64,000 bases of DNA from Eledone cirrhosa. Taxonomy: Eukaryota. A program made the translations under genes and the position numbers. Below are positions 53,713 through 64,000 of this stretch, piece by piece. The stretch lies in contig OZ024740.1 of assembly GCA_964016885.1 (NCBI GenBank), positions 54,560,001 through 54,624,000 on the forward strand, read 5' to 3'. Under the pieces are notes generated by a model, which was given only the letters and a program-made list of their open reading frames with translations, did not search any database and was not told where the DNA came from. Position 1 is the first letter of the stretch. Every line of letters starts with the position of its first letter.

Positions 53713-54898
53713 GTGTGTGCGTGTGTATATATATGTGTATGAGTGTATATGTGTGTGCATGCATGGGATCGGGAATTTTCTAGGCAAGGACTAAAAAGTT
53801 ACACTAGTGCTCCAATGAATAATACAATACATATAGAATACATGAAATAAATTATTCCTGGGGAGCAGCATTATTTTTCCGAAATATTCAATTGAGAAAC
53901 GTAAACAGAGAGATCCATCTTTAATGCCTTTGAGAAAACATGGAAATCTTCTCACCCAAAGCATTCCTATTCCGTCGGTAACTTCGTTTGAATTTCATTT
54001 TTCCTCTTGATGTCTTGCTTTTCAAGTGATGGCTTATTGCGAAATGTTTCCTCTAAATCTTCATCCATATGTTTCCCTTATCTTTGACATTTTACTAGTG
54101 AATAGTTGCCTGGGTTGAATTTGTCATCATCTAGAACTTGTGATTTACGCAATCGAACGAGGAAAAGGGTTTACGATTCAAGGAGCATATCATCGCTACT
54201 GTGGAAGGTGACTATAACAGACATGATACTAAACCGGCCACATAGAGTTTTCTTCTTGTGATATCGATAAAAGCGGCGTTTCGAGCGAATCGACATGCAC
54301 TGTAGTAGTAAGAGAGCATGTGAAATACGAATTCGTTGGCTCTACAACCGCATTCGTTATGCTCACACTCCCGGGTGAATATGCTCCTGTTCCCTCCGAT
54401 ACCGCTGCACTTATAACATATAGCACCGCTCGGTGAGTTAGATCAGAGGCAGGCTAGATGGATATGGTCTAGGGAAGATACGATGCACTTGTAAAATGGA
54501 CTTGAGTCATCCCAGTTAATTATTGGCAGTAAAGCCATTCTCAATTCAAATAGCTACAGATATCCAACTTTACCACGAGGTGATGTGTCTATTTGAATAT
54601 TCCACTGTAATGTTTGTCAAATGAGCAGCAATCTAACATTTTCATTTAACATCTACGCTGAGTTCAACTGGGCATTTTGTCTTGCTGAGGACCGCCCTCC
54701 CACTACTGATGTGTCTACTACTAGGTGCGAGATGACGACGTCACTCATATTCAAGACAGTTGCTTTGGCTGAGTTGTATCACTCTATATTCCAACTTCTT
54801 TTTTACAATTTATTGGATATTTTCGAGAAATTGCTTTTCGGATCTCACTAATGTCATCCATTAAGTACATACATCAAGGTTGTATCGAGATTAGACAT

Positions 54899-55002
<104 letters not shown>

Positions 55003-55103
55003 GTATACATATATATATATATATATATAAAGAAAAAAAGATGAAATCTAAAATGCAAATTGTGTGTTATTTTTTTTTAAAAATATATATATTTATTTGC
55101 TTC

Positions 55104-55139
55104 CTTTACCGGTTTCGCAGTTCTTCTGCTTTTCAAAAG
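55104..55139 (-). ncRNA. Hammerhead variant (U3-A8), mirror of 60385-60420
   Basis: CTT-TTGAAAA-GCAG aagaa CTGC-GAAA-CCGG-TA-AAG. Confidence 0.75.
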
Positions 55140-55677
55140 TAGAGTTGAGATGGAGGGTCTGTGGTTTTTCTTACATCTGGTTGGTCTATGAATGTTAGTT
55201 GTTTTATATGGAAAAAGTGGCTCGAAATGCCAGGTTTTTCGAGAAGTAATTTGATTGGTTGGTCAAAAATTATAATAAATTTCGCGCCAGTTCGCGTTAC
55301 AAAGTTCTTCGCACAAGGAAGGGGGGGGGGGGGTCTGGGGGTCACAGGTTTTTTTTTTCATATATGAGTGTTTGAATTTCTTTTTACTTGAAAAAAGGGG
55401 CTCACGAAGGCTTTTTTTAATAAGCGTAATTTGATTGGTCATAAATGAAATTATGGCTGTCACGTGAACAAGTTTTCATTACATTTTCGCGCCATTATTT
55501 GGAAATCTATTCTGTAGCCTTTTTAGAGAATGTTATGACAAGCAAAAGATAATGGTCAAGAGAAATGGGATGGGAGAATTGTTCTGGTTCAGTGAATATG
55601 GTTAGTTCGCTGGGGTGTCAGAATTCAGATTTTCTATTTAATAAAGAAAGTAAAGATATGTATGTTTATATGTGTGC

Positions 55678-55754
<77 letters not shown>

Positions 55755-55961
55755 GGAAGATGATTCTATTAGTAGAAATGGGGGAGGGAGTTTTATGTGT
55801 GTGTATATGGGTGTTATGTGTGTGTGTGTATATATGTGTGTAGGAAAATGATTCTATTAGTAGAAATGGGGAAGGGCGTTGTGTATGTAGGTGTAGTGGT
55901 TGTTATCTGTATGTATGGGTGTTATGTGTGTGGTAGTATGGTTAGCATGTTAAGATGAAGA

Positions 55962-56008
<47 letters not shown>

Positions 56009-56551
56009 GTGTGTGTGTAGGAAAATGATTCCTTTAGTAGGAATATTTTTGAGTGAACATATTTTCCTTACTTATTCGTATTTGTTTTGTTGTATTGTCA
56101 GTGCAAACGTATGTTAAGGTTTATTTAGTTAGGGTTTTTATTTTCTAAAGTAGAAGGTGTTATGTGTGTGTGTATGTGTCTGTTTGGATGCTTAGCATTT
56201 TATGGTGTTGAAATAATGTATATTAAACCCCAGCAAAACTATAACGATAATCCCAGAAAACATAGACAAAAATATAACCCTACTAACAAAAACCGAAGAT
56301 CCCCGAACACAAGGCAGGACCCGATCCGCAGACCACAACCCACACAAAACCTATTCCAAAACCGTAGACACCTGCCCACACAGAGCCTGTTCCAAAACCG
56401 TAGATCCCAACCCACACAAAGGAACAAAATCTACAACCCGGACTATTAACAAACCGAACCTCAATACCTCCGAAACTTCTACACAAGACAACAACAGGTG
56501 AAATACCATTAGATATAATAATACCATTGAAAAAACATTCCAGAAAAATCA

Positions 56552-58858
56552 TTTTTTAGACCAAGGCTACAGGACTCACGATACCCGGTGGCACAAACCG
56601 ATTTTGAAAAACCGAAAATAATCAACCTTTCAAATACAAACCTCTCAGCCCAACAAGTAAAAATTGTCTCCAAAGGACTGAAATTCACACCAACACCACA
56701 ATACTCTAACCCCAATAAGATAAATGACGATATCTCACACTTCTGTAGAAAATTACGTCTCACAGAGGAATTCTTTGACAAGGAGAATAACGACGAATCA
56801 ATTGTACGGAATAAAAGCAGCTACAACCCAACAAAAGGTAGAAACAGAGTTCTGGACAAATTTTGTGACCACATAGCTACCTTCCCATACCATGAACTAC
56901 CGCAACCTAAACCCAAACCCAACACGGGTCGAAGGCAATGGGAGATTATCCATGAACTAAAAAAACAATGCGGACATTATAATTAAGGAAGCGGACAAGG
57001 GAAGTACTGTTGTCATTATGGAGGCTGAAAAATATAAAAATTCTATGTTCTCTCTCTTACAAAATACTAATTACTATGAAAGAGTAAAAAACTACCAGCA
57101 ATCAAAAACAATGACCAGATTAAACACACTGATTTATCGATACCAGGAATACCTAACTAAAAAGGAACGTGATTATTTAACACATTTTGCATACAAAACC
57201 AGCAACCTTTACGGACTTTTGAAGATCCACAAGTGTAAAATAATTAACGATGCCTGTAAACAATCCACCTCAGCCTGCGTGAACACACAATAACCCACAG
57301 ACCTTAAATTAAGACCAATAGTAGCGGGCCCACAATGTGAAACACACAGACTGAGCAACTTTATAGACATAGTACTAAAGCCAATTCTCAAACACATACC
57401 AAGTCTTGTAAGAGACAATCTGGACCTCTTAAACCACCTCCCCAAACATGTCAACAACGTCACTATTATTGTGTCTTTCCATGTAGTGAATCTCTACAGC
57501 AACGATCCCACACCAATACGGACTTGAAGCAATAGGATTCTGGCTAGAGAAATATCCCAATGAGATACCTGACAGAATAGAAAAAAGCTTCATCACCGAG
57601 GGATTAAAATTCATCTTACAGAACAACTTTTTTGATTTCGATAGCAATACTTACAAGCAAATATTGGGGACTGCGATGGGTACAAAAGCCGCTCCAACTT
57701 ATGCCAACTTAGTCATGGCATACTTAGAAGTCCAGATATATGAACAGTCCAAATCAAAATACGGATTGAACTTCCACAAATATTTATCAGAGAATTGGAA
57801 ACGCTACTTGGATGATTGTCTCATTCTTTCGTCCTACACACTCGACCAACTGAAGGATTTCAAAAAATTAATAAGCGGCATCAATAACCACATCCAATTT
57901 ACAATGGAATACAGCCAAGATCAACTCCCATTTCTGGACATCTTAATCTTTAAAAAAGACACAAATATCGAAACTGACATACACTACAAACCAACAGATT
58001 CCAAACAATACCTGCTATTCACCTCCAACCATCCAAAGCACACGAAGATGAACATTCCTTTTAACCTAGCAAGAAGAATTTGCACAATTGTCTCCAATTA
58101 TGAAACGCGAAAAAAAAGACTTCAAGAATTGAAGGAAATTCTACTCGAAAGAGAGTACCCACTATTACTAATAAATAATGGAATAGAAAGGGCTAAAGCA
58201 ATAGGCATTGGTGAATTACGAAAACAGAAACAAATTCAAATACGTCCAATATTCTATCATATATCTCAACACACAACCCAAGAAATGCGGAAGCTTACAA
58301 CACTATTCACAAGAACATCCCACTACTAAAACAAAACCCAAGAATGCAAAAAGCCCTTGAAACACACAAAATAATCAAAAGCAATAGACAACCGAAATCA
58401 CTGAAAACATTACTCACCAATGCCAAATTACCTATCACAAAACCACAACCAAGTATCAAAAAATGTGGTCGCTCTAATTGTGGAACCTGCACTCACCTCA
58501 TTGAAGGCAACACGTATACATTTAAATCAGGACAAAATTTTACTGAAAAAAATCACTTCACTTCCTCATCAAAAAATCTACTTTATGCCATTAAATGTAA
58601 AGGATGCAATGAAGATTATATAGGACAAACTAAACTCACACTCAGAAACAGAATGACAGTTCATCGCCAACAATTACGAGATCCAACCACGAGACAGATA
58701 CCACTAAACGCTCATCTAGACATTTTCGCAAGTAATAAGACACCCAAATTCCAAGTCTTCCCATTTTACCTTTGCGCTAACAATACAACAGAACAAATAC
58801 GAATAAATAAGGAAAATATGTTTATTCAAAAATAAAGACCAGCATTAAATATGGTTTA
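56552..58858 (+). pseudogene. PLE RT + GIY-YIG pol with several stops and frameshifts
   Basis: IINLS..SKGLKFTPTP, EADKG, LKIHK, LRPIV, GTAMGT, RYLDDC, LPFLD, CGRSNCGTC, LLYAIKCKGCNEDYIGQT. Confidence 0.9.
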
Positions 58859-59078
58859 ATATACATTATGTCAACACCATAAAATGCTAAGCATCCAAAC
58901 AGACACATACACACACACATAACACCTTCTACTTTAGAAAATAAAAACCCGAACTAAATAAACGTTAACATACGTATTGCACTGACAATACAACAGAACA
59001 AATACGAATAAGTAAGGAAGATATGTTAATTCAAAAATATTCCTACTAAAGGAATCATTTTCCTACACACACACACAC

Positions 59079-59115
<37 letters not shown>

Positions 59116-59368
59116 TCTTCATCTTAACATGCTAACCATACTCCCACACACATAACACCCATACACACACATAACAACCCCCACACCTACATACACAACT
59201 CCCTCCCCCATTTATACTAATAGAATCACTTTCCTACACACATATATACACACACACAAAATATATATTCTCTCCATCTTAACACACATACACACACACA
59301 CATAACACCCATATACACACACACACAACTCCCTCCCCCATTTCTACTAATAGAATAATCTTCCAATA

Positions 59369-59459
<91 letters not shown>

Positions 59460-60384
59460 TCAAACACACACACACACAAGCACACATATAAACATACATA
59501 TCTTTACTTTCTTCATTCAATAGAAAATCTGAATTCTGACACCCCAGCGAACTAAGCATATTCACTGAACCAAAACAATTCTCCCATCCCATTTCTCTTG
59601 ACCATTATCTTTTGCTTGTCATAACATTCTCTAAAAAGGCTACAGAATAGATTTCCAAATAAGGGCGCGAAAATTTAATGAAAACTTGTTCACGTGACAG
59701 TCATAATTTCATTTATAACCAATCAAATTACGTTTATTAAAAAAAGCCTTCGTGAACCCCCTTTTTTAAGTAAAAAGAAATTCAAACACACACACACAAC
59801 ACACACACGCGCACACACACACACACACACGCGCGCGCGCACACACACGCACACACACACAAGCACACAAATAAACATACATATCTTTACTTTCTTTATT
59901 CAATAGAAAAACTGAATTCTGACACCCCAGCGAAATAACCATATTCACTGAACCAGAACAATTCTCCCATCCCATTTCTCTTGACCATTACCTTTTACTT
60001 ATCATAAAATTCTCTAAAAACGCTACAGAATGGATTTCCAAATAAGGCGCGAAAATTTAATGAAAACTTGTTCACGTGACAGCCATAATTTCATTTATAA
60101 CCAATCAAATTACGCTTATTAAAAAAAGCCTTCGTGAGCCCCTTTTTTCAAGTAAAAAGAAATTCAAACTCTAATATATGAAAAAAACAACCTGTCACCC
60201 CTCCCCCTTGTTTGAAGAACTTTGTAACGCGAACTGGCGCGAAATTTATCATAATTATTAACCAACCAATCAAATTACATCTCGAAAACCCTGGCATTTC
60301 GAGCCACTTTTTCCATATAAAACAAGTAAAATTCAGAGACCAACCAGATGTGAGAAAAACCACAGACCCTCCATCTCAACTCTA

Positions 60385-60420
60385 CTTTTGAAAAGCAGAA
60401 GAACTGCGAAACCGGTAAAG
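60385..60420 (+). ncRNA. Hammerhead variant (U3-A8)
   Basis: CTT-TTGAAAA-GCAG aagaa CTGC-GAAA-CCGG-TA-AAG. Confidence 0.75.
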
Positions 60421-60590
60421 GAACCAAATAAATATATATATTTAAAAAAAAAATAAGACACCAGTTGCATTTTCGATTTCATCTTATTTTCTTTATACTT
60501 TCACTCGTGTAGGACACCTCGGTTATTTTTCTTATACTTTCACTCGTGTAGGACACCTCGGTTATTTTTCATTTTGTAAAAAAAACTCAC

Positions 60591-60708
<118 letters not shown>

Positions 60709-60711
60709 ACA

Positions 60712-60757
<46 letters not shown>

Positions 60758-60909
60758 ATATGTTGAGATGGTAACACACCAGAGAGAGAGATATAGTGCG
60801 TTATCAATAATACTCATCTCTGTCACTACCTCTCCTCCTCCCCTTTCTTCCCGTTTGACCTGTCCGCAATCCTTTTCTCGCGCGCGTTTGGCCAAGCCCG
60901 TAGGAATTT

Positions 60910-60985
<76 letters not shown>

Positions 60986-61334
60986 GCGACTTCACAGAAC
61001 TTATGTTTACCGAATTCGAAGACCAGACCCCTTCTTCCTACCGTTAGACCTGTGCGAAATTCCTTCCTTGCTCACATTTCAACCAGGTTTGATGGTCTTT
61101 ATTCTTTCGTTGACGATTCCACCAAATTTATATTCATAGAAATCTGGGACTTGTTTCTTTCTTCTTCATCACTTTCTGTTGCTTAAACCATTTTGCTTGT
61201 TAACCTAGCGTCCCCTTTATTTACGTGTCCCAACGACTTTTTTTAGCCGTTGCTCGCACCAACCTGAGGTATATGTCCTTTAAAGCGACGAATTGCCTAC
61301 GACGGTTGGAAGGCCACTGATGAAGGACAAACTT

Positions 61335-61365
<31 letters not shown>

Positions 61366-61859
61366 CAACTTTAAGCAAGGAATCGATGGTTGTTGTTTTA
61401 TATATATTGATGTTATAATAACTAAGATTATCTATATATATACGGTTCCCGTTATTTATATTTGTAAACAAATCGATACTTACAATTAAAACTTATATAA
61501 ATCTTTCGCGATTCTATATCTTTAACTTATTTGGGTTTCATTAATTTAATTTATTTTAAATTTATTTTATTTTATTTCAATTTATTCTGTCTCCTTTTAT
61601 ATTTCATGCTGATATCATTTGTTTGCACTTTGCTTTGGTGTTTTAATCGCGAAATATTCTTTTCGAATATTAATTATTAATATTTATAGTTGTCTTACTT
61701 TGCCTTTCATGCTTCTGGGTTTCATACAATAAAGTACCAGTCAAGTACTGGGGTTGATTTAATCAACTTTACCCATCCCACATTTTGCTGGCCTTGTGCT
61801 TAAATTAGAAATCAATATTTATAGTTGTCTTTGACCGGTCCACGTTGCTATTTCTCACG

Positions 61860-62014
61860 CTGTCTCTGTCTCTCTCCTTCTTCATTCTATCTCTTTATCT
61901 CTCTCTCTGTATTGCTATTTTTCACGCTGTTTCTGTCTCTCTCTCTCTCTCTTCTGTCTCTCTCCTACCTGTCTCCTTCTTTCTTTCTCTCTATCTCTCT
62001 CTCTCTAAATTGCA

Positions 62015-62079
<65 letters not shown>

Positions 62080-62295
62080 TCTCTAAATCGAACCTTGAAT
62101 TCGCACTGGAATTATCTCTCTCTCTCTCCCTCCCTCTCTCACTCTCTCTCTCTAACCTTTCCCCCCACTCTTCCCGCAATCTCTCTCGGTCCTCTCTTCT
62201 GTTTATCTCCCCTTTCTTTTTTCTATTTCTCTCTCTCTCTCCCTCTCTCTGTCCTTCTCTAACAATTTCCCTAACCTTCCCGCTATCTCTCTCTC
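61860..62295. repeat. Degenerate (CT)n tract
   Basis: Directly visible. Confidence 0.85.
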
Positions 62296-62299
62296 CACC

Positions 62300-64000
62300 C
62301 CCCAGACCGAAACGGACTGCATACAGGGAACAGGTGAAATTAAAAGTCACAGAAACTGGTCAAAGATGGAACTAGCGGATTTGATCAAGGGGGTCACCAC
62401 CAAGCAAAACGAAGTACCATGGCTTTCTGTGGACTCTGGCGCAGATAGAAAGAAAAAGAAAAGAAATCGAGAAGGCCTATGTCATCATAGCGCCACATAT
62501 GGCGATGCTAAGCCGTGTCTTCAAGGAGGAGAAAAACGAAGAGAAAGGAAAAGAAAAAGAAAAAGGAAGAAAGCACAAGCACGGACCTGAAGGAAAATGA
62601 GATACCCGCTTCCACAGTCAGGGATGGCAGGCCGGGCAACCAACAAGCAAACGGTAAAGGTCAGAGCAAAAACATGTTTTAGTAATGGCAGAGAAGATTG
62701 TGGGACAGTTGACCTGGCTGCATCGTTTTCAGAGCCAAGGTCACCCACACCAGCACTCGAAACCACCACAATTAAGGGACCCAGAGTGGCCGCCGCTGAC
62801 AACAGGCCAGGTGTCATACCGACAGCAATCGCTGGCACCCCCAAAGTCACACCAGTGCTGCTGCTGAATGAAACTGGTGAAACTCACTAATAGGAGTAAA
62901 ATTTCCCACCTGGGTGACTTAGCCATAAGCACTCAAGCATTATGCATGGCACTAACCGAAACGCACATGTCAAGCAGTATAGCAGATGCAGAAATACATA
63001 TACCAATATATACTATATTTCGTTCGGACAGGAAGGAGAGAACTCATGGTGGGGTTGTTCTGTATATCCGTTAAAATGTCACACCAATTGTACTGTTGAC
63101 ACATTCAAACACAGTCTGTGACACACTGATAGTACATATGAAGCAACTAAAGACAGTAATATGTGTCACATATCGGCCGTCCAATGCCTCCAGTCATGAG
63201 GGTAAATTTGAGGATAGCCTAAGTAGGATAGAAGAGCTCCCTCACAAACTGGACCAGGGTGTCAACATTCTACTGCTGGAAGACTTCAACCTACCAAATG
63301 TTAAGTGGCCTGAGTGCCACCTCCTCCCTGGAATGACATCAATAGAACAGAGACAGACGCAGTCCCTGCTGACCCTCACACGCAGGCTGTACTCCTCCCA
63401 ACAAGAGGCGAGAATGTCCTGGACCTCTGTTTTAGAAACAACGAAGTGCTCATCCACAATGTAAAGGTGACACCAACAATTTTCTCGGATCATAACTTAG
63501 TAGAAATTATGATATGTCGTCCGAGAGAATCAACAGAGACACAACCATCAAGAAACATCGGGACCTTATCCAGCCTTAATTCTACAAGGCTAACTGGAAA
63601 AAGATCAAGAGAGAAAGCCGGAAGCAAATATAGAGCGAAAACACCGCTACACAAGACACCAACACACAATTTCAACATTTCATGACAACGATACACAATA
63701 TATGCCAAAAGTTTGTCCCGGAGAAATAGGCCAACAGACACAAAAATCTTATTCCCAGAGATAGGAAAACCCTTATGAGACGAACAACCAAGCTCGCAAA
63801 CCAGTTGAATACACAACAAGAAAACAAAAAAAAAGAAGGAATCCTATTTGAAACGTGCACTACTTGACACCGAGATTGCACTCAAAATTTCCCATGAAAA
63901 TGAGAGGGCAAAGAAAGAAAGAAGGGACATAGAGAATATTAAAACAAACCCTAAGACCTTCTTTACATTTGCAAGAGAAACTGCCTCGGTACAGTGCAAG
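62300..64000 (+). mobile_element. Decayed CR1-group LINE: ORF1 remnant and APE domain of ORF2, running off the window edge
   Basis: ALTETHM...IFRSDRKERTHGGVVLYIR, CVTYRP, LLEDFNLPNVKW, PTRGENVLDL, SDHNLV, NIKTNPKTFF. Confidence 0.85.

Larger units (their letters stand above)
55030..60569 (+). mobile_element. Neptune-type PLE, copy 2, with inverted pLTR arms 55030-56229 and 58853-60494
   Basis: Long reverse-complement match; internal RT and EN; the right arm has a ~380-bp-period tandem duplication (59480-59790 and 59860-60170). Confidence 0.92.

Noticed and set aside
56330-56420. CRISPR-like spaced repeats
   Set aside because: Only 2-3 imperfect tandem units inside the PLE upstream ORF, with no unique spacers or cas genes, in a eukaryotic context.
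56499-56501. In-frame TGA as a selenocysteine codon
   Set aside because: The copy is decayed with many other lesions, no SECIS was identified, and a CGA-to-TGA mutation is simpler.
61312-61340. CTGATGA-AGGAC motif
   Set aside because: Only the 5' half is present before (TA)n, with no GAAA or stem III; not counted.

Overview
AT-rich, microsatellite-dense animal DNA. The SINE families resemble those I recall from octopus, so a cephalopod origin is inferred. I found no convincing host protein-coding gene; most ORF-track entries are translations of (TA)n, (TG)n or (CTT)n. The window is dominated by Penelope-like retroelements (PLEs) inserted into (TA)n: two near-complete Neptune-type RT+GIY-YIG copies (43099-47134 minus; 55030-60569 plus, with ~1.2 kb inverted arms), fragments of other PLE lineages, and many short ORF-less pLTR insertions, often with an inverted duplicate. 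By eye I count about 28 minimal type I hammerhead ribozyme motifs, including U3-A8 and U4C core variants. Decayed RTE, Tx1/L1, CR1, R4/Dong and mariner elements and tRNA-derived SINEs fill much of the rest. Top observations: (1) both diverged Neptune copies carry an in-phase U_UUU_UUA heptamer joining an upstream frame to an ATG-less pol in the -1 frame, a candidate programmed frameshift; (2) unrelated pLTR families share an ACTC...GAGT hairpin near the 3' end; (3) an RTE fragment has the same TA-flanked, twin-primed architecture as the PLE insertions. All alignments and folds were done manually and need computational confirmation.
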